IMG/VR virus record: IMGVR_UViG_3300042558_003926
Span: 124,001 to 188,000 of that record
Reading direction: 5' to 3' (one strand)
Length of the DNA stretch: 64,000 nucleotides
Every line of letters starts with the position of its first letter. The stretch's first letter is position 1. Made by a program: the position numbers and the translations under genes. Shown one piece after another: positions 29,288 through 37,724 of this stretch. Below the pieces are notes generated by a model. It ran no database searches, was not told the DNA's origin, and saw only the letters and a list, made by a program, of their open reading frames with translations.

Positions 29288-29554
29288 GTGAAGATAATCA
29301 ATAGACAGATTTTTGAGAATGCTCTGAAGAGCATGGAGGTTTATGGACTAGATGGGATGAGCTCTCCTAGAATATTAGCTAAGAGAAATATTATAAAAGA
29401 TTCACTCATCAGATATTATGAATCTACCGAAGAATTCGAGAAGTGTAAGTACATAGTTGGCTTTTTCGAGGATCTAGAAAAAGAGATAGCTCTAAATAAC
29501 AAAAAAGTCAAGGCTCTAAAAGCCAGAAAAAACAAATCCGATAAGGATAGTTGA
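29288..29554 (+). CDS. UVR-like motif protein
   Basis: EEFEKCKYI. Confidence 0.55.
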   Translation: MKIINRQIFENALKSMEVYGLDGMSSPRILAKRNIIKDSLIRYYESTEEFEKCKYIVGFFEDLEKEIALNNKKVKALKARKNKSDKDS

Positions 29555-29573
29555 TGCCTAATCAGCCAGTTAT

Positions 29574-29603
29574 TGAAACCTTTAGTTCTAAATTAGGTAT
29601 AAT
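29574..29603 (+). promoter_or_regulatory. Putative promoter TGAAAC-N18-TATAAT
   Basis: Perfect -10 box with 18-nt spacer. Confidence 0.65.
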
Positions 29604-29629
29604 TGTTATCAAAAACAAACAACTAATCA

Positions 29630-31204
29630 ATGAAGTTTTCAGAATTATCGTCAGAGCAAGTATTTGAGATTTCCAAAATATATTGGGATCGAAAGATGGG
29701 ATGGGACGAAAGAATGGAGGCTCTCAGTCAGTATCTAGGTAAATCCGAAAGAACTGTTCAGAAGTGGATATCAAAATTAGGTATCACAGAGAAATCCATA
29801 CAAGAATCCCCTCAGCTAATTAGAGCAAAGGAAAAAAAATTCAATAAGAGAAAAAGAAGATTCATTGTAACTTGGGCTCAAAATGATACCCCAGTTCATG
29901 ATAACTTTATTCTTAATATAGAGACATACGCTAATCATATTAACGCTGACATTCACGTCATAGCAGGAAGATATAAAAATCCAACATCAGTTTTTACTGA
30001 TAAAAAATACGAGCAGTGGCCGGATAGGATTATAAAGTATTTAGATGCAAACAGACACGAGATCCATAAATATATGTGGATAATGTCCGATGTTAAAATA
30101 CAGCCTACTGCGGTTGATCCTATGACTGGGCTTCAGGGTATGACCGGGATAAATTCATGTATATTCGGATCACCCAAGGTTCAGATGGAAACAATTCCAG
30201 TGCTTGAAGGAAATCTACCCAAGATTATGATGACTACCGGCGCATGCACGGTGAAAAATTATACAGATTCAAAATCGGGTAAAAAAGGAGAATTCCATCA
30301 CACATTGGGATTTGTCGTAGTTGAAATTAAAGATGATGAAACATTTTTTGCCCGACAGGTAACAGCAAATGAAGCTGGTGATTTTACCGACCTTTACTAC
30401 AGGGTAGAATATGATCCGGACTCAGATCAAAGCACAGTAAAAACAATAGATAGAGTCTCTGCAATTATCCTGGGAGATGTCCATTATGGACAACATGACC
30501 AGGAGGTTCTTGATAATACTCTGGGAATGTTTAAAAACATCAAGCCTGATTATGTGGTACTTCATGATGTTTTCGATGGTCTTTCTATAAATCATCACGA
30601 ATCCAATGATCCTTTCGTTCAGTATCATCGTGAGATAGAAGGCACTAATTCTCTTAGAAATGAGATAGATGCCATGCTAAATGGTCTGGAGGAGTTCAGA
30701 AACTATAAAACAGTTATAGTAAGAAGTAACCATGATGATTTCTTAGATCGATGGTTAAAGAACACCGACTGGAGAAAGGCAACTACAATGAAGAATTCCA
30801 TAGAATACATGGAGTTTAGTACGTTGCTTCTTAAAGGGGAAGCACCAAATGGGATCATTCCGTACCTCATAAAGCAAAAATTCCCAGATTTTATTACTCT
30901 AGGAAGAAGCGACAGTTTTGTTATAAAAGACTGGGAGTTGGGACAGCACGGTGATATTGGTTCAAATGGAGCCAGAGGTTCTCTTTTACAATTCAGAAAA
31001 TTGAATAGAAAATTAGTGGTAGGACATTATCATTCACCAGGAAGAAAGGACGGAGCACTTGCTGTTGGTACCTCTACTAAACTAAGAGTAAATTACAATC
31101 TAGGACCTAGCGGATGGCTACATTCACATGTGATTATACATGATGATGGTAAGGCACAGCACATAAACTTCATAAAGGGTGGATTTACCACTCTAAAGAA
31201 TTAA
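29630..31204 (+). CDS. HTH-containing calcineurin-like phosphoesterase/nuclease
   Basis: N-terminal HTH (SERTVQKW), GDVH, LHDVFD, SNHD, QHGD, GHYHS. Confidence 0.75.
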   Translation: MKFSELSSEQVFEISKIYWDRKMGWDERMEALSQYLGKSERTVQKWISKLGITEKSIQESPQLIRAKEKKFNKRKRRFIVTWAQNDTPVHDNFILNIETYANHINADIHVIAGRYKNPTSVFTDKKYEQWPDRIIKYLDANRHEIHKYMWIMSDVKIQPTAVDPMTGLQGMTGINSCIFGSPKVQMETIPVLEGNLPKIMMTTGACTVKNYTDSKSGKKGEFHHTLGFVVVEIKDDETFFARQVTANEAGDFTDLYYRVEYDPDSDQSTVKTIDRVSAIILGDVHYGQHDQEVLDNTLGMFKNIKPDYVVLHDVFDGLSINHHESNDPFVQYHREIEGTNSLRNEIDAMLNGLEEFRNYKTVIVRSNHDDFLDRWLKNTDWRKATTMKNSIEYMEFSTLLLKGEAPNGIIPYLIKQKFPDFITLGRSDSFVIKDWELGQHGDIGSNGARGSLLQFRKLNRKLVVGHYHSPGRKDGALAVGTSTKLRVNYNLGPSGWLHSHVIIHDDGKAQHINFIKGGFTTLKN

Positions 31205-31233
31205 TATAGGGTCCAGGTAGACATGCTAATTTG

Positions 31234-31241
31234 GATATATA
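31234..31241 (+). promoter_or_regulatory. Putative late promoter GATATATA
   Basis: Upstream of the homing endonuclease. Confidence 0.55.
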
Positions 31242-31260
31242 ATTTAAAAAAATCTAAATT

Positions 31261-31932
31261 ATGATAATCTACAAAACTACCAATTTGATAAACGGGAAGA
31301 TATACATAGGGCAAGACACCAATAACGATCCGAATTATATGGGTTCAGGAAAAATAATTAAGGAAGCAATTAAAAAATACGGAAAGTCTAGCTTTGTTAA
31401 GGAAATTCTGGAAGAATGTAAAACTATAGATCAACTGAACGAGAGGGAGATTTATTGGATCTCTTTATTTAATTCAACCGATAATAAGATAGGCTATAAT
31501 ATACTAAGGGGTGGTCTGGGATCTAAAGGATTTAAACAATCACCTGATGTTATAGAAAAGATAAGAGAAAATAGCAATTCCGATAAATTTAAGGAAATTA
31601 TGTCTTCTCCAGAAGTTTCTTCTAGGATATCTGAGGGACAATTAAAATCGGAAAAAAAGAAGGAGTTACATTCTTCTGAGGAATACAGAGAAAAAATGAG
31701 CAAAGCTCTTAAGGGTAGGACTTTTACCGACGAGCAGAGAAAAAAAATATCAGAAAGCCTGAAGGGAAAGAAAAAAACCGAGGAACACATAAAAAATCTA
31801 TCGGATTCTCTGAAAAACAGCGAAAAAATAAAAGGAGAAAAAAACCCATTCTATGGAATGAAACATTCTGAGGAAACAAAGGATAAAATAAGAAAATCAA
31901 TCCAAAGTAAAAATAATGATAGAAAAAAATAA
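31261..31932 (+). mobile_element. Free-standing GIY-YIG homing endonuclease with NUMOD3-like repeats
   Basis: IIYKTTN...YIGQ, YMGSG, E...GYN. C-terminal repeats KKISESLKGK and NPFYGMKHSEETK. Confidence 0.92.
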
Positions 31933-32522
31933 TCCACCTCTTCTTCGCGAGCTAAAGTTTATTGCTGGCGTTGATGAGGTGGGCTGAAGGCCGAGGATGT
32001 CTTTCTGGTCCAGTGGTAGCTGCTGCTGTGATACTACCCGATGGATTTTACGATCCGAGAATTAAAGACAGCAAATTAATTAAAAGTCAAAAGAAAAGAG
32101 AGGAAGTAGAACTAATCATAAAGGAGAATGCAATATCATGGGGAATAGGAGCTAGTTCACCTCAAGAGATTGATCAGATGAATATACTTCAGGCAACATT
32201 CTTGGCTATGAAAAGAGCCATAGATTCTTGCTCAAAAAAGCCCGATTTTCTATATGTGGACGGAGATAAATTCCCAGGACATAACGGAATTCCCTACGAG
32301 TGTGTCATAAAGGGTGATTCCAAGATACATTCAATTTCAGCAGCATCTATTCTGGCTAAGGTACACCGGGATAAGCTTATGAGACAGATAGGAATTGAAT
32401 ATCCAGCATATAAATGGGAAACCAATGTTGGGTACGGTACTGCTGACCACATTAATGAGATAAGAAGATCTGGATTAACAAAGCACCACAGAAAAACTTT
32501 TTGTTTAAATTTTATAAAATGA
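31916..32522 (+). CDS. rnhB: Ribonuclease HII interrupted by a 7-nt insertion with in-frame TGA (31985-31987)
   Basis: ATG at 31916 gives MIEKNNPPLLRELKFIAGVDEVG*. The +1 frame continues GRGCLSGPVVAAAV...IKDSK...YVDG...KGD...ISAASILAKVHRD...GYGT...HRKTF. Removing 7 nt yields a 199-aa RNase HII. Confidence 0.85.
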
Positions 32523-32866
32523 ATACTATGGAATCGCAAGAAATCAACCAACCTATGTCAGAATCGGAAGAAATGAAAATCCTTGGTATAGAGGAATTCG
32601 ATAGAGCCGAGTGGGTTTTCCAATTTGATGATGAGGAACCTATTGTTATTGCTTGGAGCAATAGTAAAGAAGAGCCAGGCGAATTATCTTTTATTCTTAA
32701 GGCTAATAGCGAGAGCAATCTAACTTTTAGATCTGCTAATGGATCTAAGAAAATGCAAATATTTGCCCGAAGAATGCCGGATGAAAGAAGAGCTGAACTA
32801 GATGAACTTAGCAGGATAGAGGAAGAAAATATAGAAAAGATAAACCAAACCGAGGTTAAAGAATAA
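32519..32866 (+). CDS. Hypothetical protein
   Basis: ATGA overlap with the rnhB stop. Confidence 0.55.
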   Translation: MNTMESQEINQPMSESEEMKILGIEEFDRAEWVFQFDDEEPIVIAWSNSKEEPGELSFILKANSESNLTFRSANGSKKMQIFARRMPDERRAELDELSRIEEENIEKINQTEVKE

Positions 32867-32871
32867 TTATT

Positions 32872-33942
32872 ATGAATAAAACTAAATTCGATTTCGATGA
32901 TATCCTGATTCAACCTTCTATAGTTAGCGATATATCTTCTCGTAGTGAGGTTACCGTTACATATAATGATGGGTACCTCCCTCTATTTACTGCTCCTATG
33001 GATACTGTAGTTAGCGAGAATAATATTGAACTTTTTCAGGCTAAAGGGATAAGAGTTGTGAAGCCAAGAACCCTGAATACACCATACAGTGGTTATGGAA
33101 CGGATTTCAATGAATTCATTTCTCTTGGTTTAGACGAATTCATTAAAATTTATCTAGGTAAAAAAAAGAATGAATATGATGACCAGATGTTTATTCTCAT
33201 CGACATTGCAAATGGGCATATGAGAAAGCTTATTGATTCTGTTAAGAAAGCTAAAGAAACATACGGTGATTCTTTAATTCTCATGGTGGGTAATATAGCC
33301 AATCCTAAGACATACTCCGATCTTTCCGAAGCAGGAGCTGATTTTGTAAGAGTTGGGATAGGAAACGGCGGAGGTTGCTTAACGACGGTTCAAACTGGAG
33401 TTGGCTATCCTATGGCATCTTTAATTAAAGAATGTTACATCGAAAGCTGTTTGATGAATACCCCCGCGAAGATTGTTGCTGATGGCGGATTTAAAAGCTA
33501 TTCTGATATTATAAAAGCTCTTGGACTAGGAGCAGATTATGTTATGCTTGGTTCAATATTGAATAAAGCTTTGGAGAGCGCAGGTGACACATACTTAGCT
33601 AATACTAAAGGTGAGGGATGGACTGAGCCGGGTGAAAGGATCAATCAATATGCTGCTGAGACAGAGAATCTGTTCAAGTACGGTACTAAGATGTTTAAGA
33701 AGTTTAGAGGGATGAGTACCAAGGAGGCTCAGAAGGCTATGGGTAAGACAGAGTTGAAAACTAGCGAAGGAGTTAGTCGAATGCAACCAGTAGAATACAC
33801 ATTAGAAGGATGGACTGAAAACTTTAGAAGCTACCTTTCCTCCGCAATGAGCTATTCCGATGCAGCCGATCTTAAGAGCTTTATAGGTCTTGCTAAGTTC
33901 AACTACGTAACTCCAAATTCTTTAAACAGATATAAAAAATGA
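32872..33942 (+). CDS. IMPDH/GMP-reductase family protein
   Basis: FDFDDILI, APMDTV, IDIANGH, VGNIAN, VGIGNGGGCLT, ADGG, GADYVMLGS, FRGMS, SEG. Confidence 0.88.
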   Translation: MNKTKFDFDDILIQPSIVSDISSRSEVTVTYNDGYLPLFTAPMDTVVSENNIELFQAKGIRVVKPRTLNTPYSGYGTDFNEFISLGLDEFIKIYLGKKKNEYDDQMFILIDIANGHMRKLIDSVKKAKETYGDSLILMVGNIANPKTYSDLSEAGADFVRVGIGNGGGCLTTVQTGVGYPMASLIKECYIESCLMNTPAKIVADGGFKSYSDIIKALGLGADYVMLGSILNKALESAGDTYLANTKGEGWTEPGERINQYAAETENLFKYGTKMFKKFRGMSTKEAQKAMGKTELKTSEGVSRMQPVEYTLEGWTENFRSYLSSAMSYSDAADLKSFIGLAKFNYVTPNSLNRYKK

Positions 33943-34247
33943 GAAAGGGAGATTTCTGCTTACTTAATTCGGAGGGATGCCTATTGTACTGCAAGAGGCA
34001 TAATGAATATGTAACTAAAAACTCTGAAGAGGAAATATGTCACCATGTGTTTGTTATCTACGATATGGAAGACTGTATAGTTGATATTTTAGATTCCGAT
34101 AAAATGAAGGAATTCATCCACGGTGATTTGGAACTACATGGCCAATTAAAAAGCTACAAATATTCAGAATTTCCGGGGAGCATGAAACCAGACCTTAGAA
34201 GCCTGGATGAATTTATAGGTATAGATACTACGGGAAAAATATATTAA
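33939..34247 (+). CDS. Hypothetical protein
   Basis: 102-aa ORF. Confidence 0.5.
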   Translation: MRKGDFCLLNSEGCLLYCKRHNEYVTKNSEEEICHHVFVIYDMEDCIVDILDSDKMKEFIHGDLELHGQLKSYKYSEFPGSMKPDLRSLDEFIGIDTTGKIY

Positions 34248-34283
34248 AATTTTTTTGGTATATAAAGCAAAAAAAAAATTTTA

Positions 34284-34733
34284 ATGAAATCTAGCTATTA
34301 TTTAAACATAGATCTCGTATCGAAAAGAAAATTTACTCAGGAGGATTTAGAAAAAATAAAAAATTCTCTGGAGCTAAATGAGGATTTCTTCGATCTTTGC
34401 TCCATACTTGCAGAATCTATATCAATGAACTTTAGCAGCCACATAGAAATATATGTGGAGGATGCAGAATTCGATTCCGATAAATTAAATGAGGTTGAGG
34501 AATTCGTAAATATTCTCGATTCGACTATATCAGGTGGATGGGGTAACGATTCTAAAATAGAGTGGACATCCGAATATCCAAATGTCTCTTATTTGTGGTT
34601 TAAGAATGACGATTCTTGGGATCTGGTAACAAAGGATCATGATAGAGGCGTATGGGGTGAGGAGGAAGAATGGGATTCCAAAGATTCCGGTTATGGATAC
34701 GGTGGAGATTTAGATCCCGATGATAATTGGTAA
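34284..34733 (+). CDS. Acidic hypothetical protein
   Basis: 149-aa ORF. Confidence 0.55.
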   Translation: MKSSYYLNIDLVSKRKFTQEDLEKIKNSLELNEDFFDLCSILAESISMNFSSHIEIYVEDAEFDSDKLNEVEEFVNILDSTISGGWGNDSKIEWTSEYPNVSYLWFKNDDSWDLVTKDHDRGVWGEEEEWDSKDSGYGYGGDLDPDDNW

Positions 34734-34736
34734 ATA

Positions 34737-34766
34737 CGGAACATTCTAGAAAATCAAATATATAAT
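34737..34766 (+). promoter_or_regulatory. Putative promoter CGGAAC-N18-TATAAT
   Basis: Variant of the TGAAAC motif. Predicted start near 34772. Confidence 0.55.
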
Positions 34767-34771
34767 AACTG

Positions 34772-34866
34772 AGGAAAGAGCCTTTAGCACTTATCGTCTC
34801 GGGTCATTTGGCCTTAGAGTTGTTTTAAAAGAGCAACGAAGAGATATTAAAAAAACAAAAGGTAAT
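34772..34866 (+). promoter_or_regulatory. Structured 5' leader whose first 11 nt complement the 3' end of the transcript
   Basis: AGGAAAGAGCC is the reverse complement of GGCTCTTTCCT (35725-35735). Internal hairpins GGTCA/TGGCC and GTTGTTT/GAGCAAC. Confidence 0.55.
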
Positions 34867-35712
34867 ATGAAAAAAAGCAGATCGGGAGTGGATATCTCCC
34901 AAAGACCCCAAGCATGGATCGCCGTATCCAACAACAGGCAAAAACTCTACGGCGAAGATCAGGATAAGATCTATTTGGAAGATGGACAAGAATTCCAAAT
35001 AGAATTATACAATCCAACATCAACCACTTATCTTTCTAAGATTTACATCAACGGGAAACTAATGTCTAGTTCTGGATTGGTTTTAAAACCAGGACAGAGG
35101 TATTTTCTAGACAGACACATAGATGTAAAGAAGAAGTTAGTTTTCTCAACTTATGATGTTGAGAACAGCGAGGAGGTGAAAAAGGCAATTGAAAAAAATG
35201 GTCTAGTTAAGGTTGAATTTTACGCCGAGACAACACCTAACGATTGGCATGGGCAAAAAATAACTTGGGACACATACACATCGTATCCAACTTATACTTC
35301 GCCAACTTATAATCCACCAACTTATAATCCTACGATAACTTTTGGTGGATCCACAATTAACACTCTTTTCACGACAACGAATACCTCAAATCAGATAGTA
35401 GGAAATTCTAGCTACACAACTAATCTAGTTAATTGCTCAGCAGCTGGATCTTTATCCACTACATCTATTTTATCCACTACACCTATTGAAACAGGAAGAG
35501 TAGAGGAAGGAAGTAAATCGGACCAGAATTTTGGAAAAGATAATGGTACGTATTCAATCTTTAAATCTTATGAATCTGAGTATCAGATTCTACCAAGATC
35601 TACTAAACCTGTAGAGATCAGCGAGATTAGAGAGTACTGCACTGAGTGTGGAACAAGAATAAAGAAAAAAAGCTGGAAATTCTGCCCATCTTGCGGCGGA
35701 AATCTAGAATAA
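34867..35712 (+). CDS. Hypothetical protein with C-terminal zinc ribbon
   Basis: CxxCG...CPxCG. Ig-like N-terminus and PTY low-complexity linker. Confidence 0.75.
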   Translation: MKKSRSGVDISQRPQAWIAVSNNRQKLYGEDQDKIYLEDGQEFQIELYNPTSTTYLSKIYINGKLMSSSGLVLKPGQRYFLDRHIDVKKKLVFSTYDVENSEEVKKAIEKNGLVKVEFYAETTPNDWHGQKITWDTYTSYPTYTSPTYNPPTYNPTITFGGSTINTLFTTTNTSNQIVGNSSYTTNLVNCSAAGSLSTTSILSTTPIETGRVEEGSKSDQNFGKDNGTYSIFKSYESEYQILPRSTKPVEISEIREYCTECGTRIKKKSWKFCPSCGGNLE

Positions 35713-35786
35713 ATTAAATTGCGGGGCTCTTTCCTTTTTTATAGAGAACTATTCTCAAAATCCGCATATAATTAAAAAAGATCTAG

Positions 35787-37724
35787 GTGAAAGTATTTTT
35801 TATTGTACCACATTTGTCTACCGGAGGAATGCCGGAATACCTAAAGAACAAGATAGAAAAAATTAAGGACTCCTGCGATATCTGGGTTTTAGAAAAATCA
35901 CATGAGAGAACTTATAATACCATCCGAAAAAGAATAGAATCATTAATAGGCGAGGATCGAATTGTAACATGGGGGGTTAAGAAAAAGATGATTCTTGACA
36001 TGATAGAATCTATCAAGCCCGATGTAATACATTTCGAAGAACCCTGTGAACACTTCCTATCGGATGACATTCTGATGAGGATATTCAGTAAGGATAGAAA
36101 TTACAGAATTATAGAGACTTTCCACGACTCGTCAATGGAAGCAGAGGAGAAAAGATTTCTCCCAGATAAATTTATTGTAGTTAGCCCTTGGCAAGTAAAG
36201 TTACTCCAGAAATTAAAAGTACCAATGGAAGTTATAGAACATAAATTAGAAGAGAAACCAGTTAGAGATAGTTCTCTTGCTAAAAAGAAACTTGGAATGG
36301 ATCCATCTAGGAAACACATTGTCCAGGTAGGAATATTCACCCCAAGAAAAAACCAATCAGAAACAATCAATATAGCCAGAATCCTTCCGGATTGTGATTT
36401 CTATTTAATAGGAACTTTGGCTGATAATTTTAAATGGTACTGGACTCCACTCATGGAAAATTTACCTTCAAATTGTAAAGTCCTGGGGGAAAGAGACGAC
36501 GTAGATCTTTTTTACGAAGCCGCTGATCTTATTATATTCCCATCGGTAGAGAACTTTAATGATAAGGAAACAAGTCCATTAGTTCTTAAAGAAGCAACTT
36601 CTTGGAAAGCACCTCTTCTTATGAAAAATACACCGGTCTACTCTGACATGTATCAGGAATCTGATCGGATTCATTTTATGGGAGATTCTATTAACTATAA
36701 TGCAAATAAAATTTTAAAAATATTCGGAAATATGGAAAACACGGCTCAGAAATTTTTTGCCAGATTTGAATCAGAAGAAAACAAGATAATAATAAATCTG
36801 ATGGAGAATAATGTTGGTGATGTTAATGTGTCAATTAAAGATCGTGATTCAAACACCTGCGTATACTCATTTTCTCTAAATGCAGATCACTCTGGATCCG
36901 AATGGTGGACTATTCCGATTCCTAAACCATACTTTGATTTTCAGGAAGATCGTAACTTTAGCGGGTTTCTTATTGAATTTTACAGCTCACAGACTGGCGA
37001 AATTATACAATCGATAACGATTGATCTTGGTAAAAAACCAATCATGAAGAAAAGAATAGTTGCTAATGGACCAATTAATTTTGATCCTATATTTGTTAAC
37101 TATACGCAGTTCTTTGTAGATGGAATATACAACCAGTTTTTTGCTGGATCTAGAATCAGCACAGCTATAGACATCGGAGCTAACGTTGGACTTTTCACTG
37201 AATGGGTTTTGGATAGGTTTGGTAGTGATACAAGAGTAATTTCGGTAGAGCCTAACTCTAAGGCTTGTTTATCTTTTGAGTCCATGCACTCCGGAAAAGA
37301 AAATGTTACATTGGATAAGCTGGCGGTAACATCCACAGATGGTGAAACTATTAGACTCATGGTAAATCCAGAAAACACCCTGATATCTAGTGTAGAGGGA
37401 ACCGGCGATGGTTATTCTGAATTCGAAGAAGTTGGAACAATATCTCTCATTGGACTTATGAAGAAATACGATCTTGAGGAAGTAGATCTTTTAAAAGTTG
37501 ATGTCGAGGGAGCTGAGTATGATATATTTAGTTCTGTTGAAGAGAATGATCTTAGAAGATTTAAACATCTTCTGATAGAATTTCACAATAATCAGGGAAG
37601 AGCTTCTTCTCTTATTTCTAAGATAGTTTCGGCTGGGTTTGAAATAGATCTTAGAGACGATGATACCAGATACGCAGTGGATCAAAATAACGACAGAGGA
37701 ACAATATTTGCTACAAGGAAATGA
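35787..37724 (+). CDS. GT4 glycosyltransferase fused to FkbM-family methyltransferase
   Basis: HLSTGGMPE, RKNQ, E(x7)E region. C-terminal IDIGANVG, VEP, LKVDVEGAEY. Confidence 0.88.
   Translation: MKVFFIVPHLSTGGMPEYLKNKIEKIKDSCDIWVLEKSHERTYNTIRKRIESLIGEDRIVTWGVKKKMILDMIESIKPDVIHFEEPCEHFLSDDILMRIFSKDRNYRIIETFHDSSMEAEEKRFLPDKFIVVSPWQVKLLQKLKVPMEVIEHKLEEKPVRDSSLAKKKLGMDPSRKHIVQVGIFTPRKNQSETINIARILPDCDFYLIGTLADNFKWYWTPLMENLPSNCKVLGERDDVDLFYEAADLIIFPSVENFNDKETSPLVLKEATSWKAPLLMKNTPVYSDMYQESDRIHFMGDSINYNANKILKIFGNMENTAQKFFARFESEENKIIINLMENNVGDVNVSIKDRDSNTCVYSFSLNADHSGSEWWTIPIPKPYFDFQEDRNFSGFLIEFYSSQTGEIIQSITIDLGKKPIMKKRIVANGPINFDPIFVNYTQFFVDGIYNQFFAGSRISTAIDIGANVGLFTEWVLDRFGSDTRVISVEPNSKACLSFESMHSGKENVTLDKLAVTSTDGETIRLMVNPENTLISSVEGTGDGYSEFEEVGTISLIGLMKKYDLEEVDLLKVDVEGAEYDIFSSVEENDLRRFKHLLIEFHNNQGRASSLISKIVSAGFEIDLRDDDTRYAVDQNNDRGTIFATRK

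Noticed and set aside
31985-31987. Stop-codon reassignment (alternative genetic code)
   Set aside because: TGA, TAG and TAA all terminate well-defined genes here, and readthrough would not fix the frame.
31205-31990. Group I intron housing the GIY-YIG gene
   Set aside because: No upstream rnhB exon and no room for an intron core. Both neighbours' termini are accounted for.
31962-32522. ORF-track RNase HII starting at TTG 31962 (MLALMRWAEGRGC)
   Set aside because: It lacks the catalytic DE, which is encoded in the upstream frame. The start is an artefact of the 7-nt insert.
35281-35335. CCAACTTAT repeats; also the GAA/GAG runs near 40440-40580
   Set aside because: Coding low-complexity (PTY and poly-Glu), not CRISPR. 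No spacer-separated array was seen anywhere in the window.
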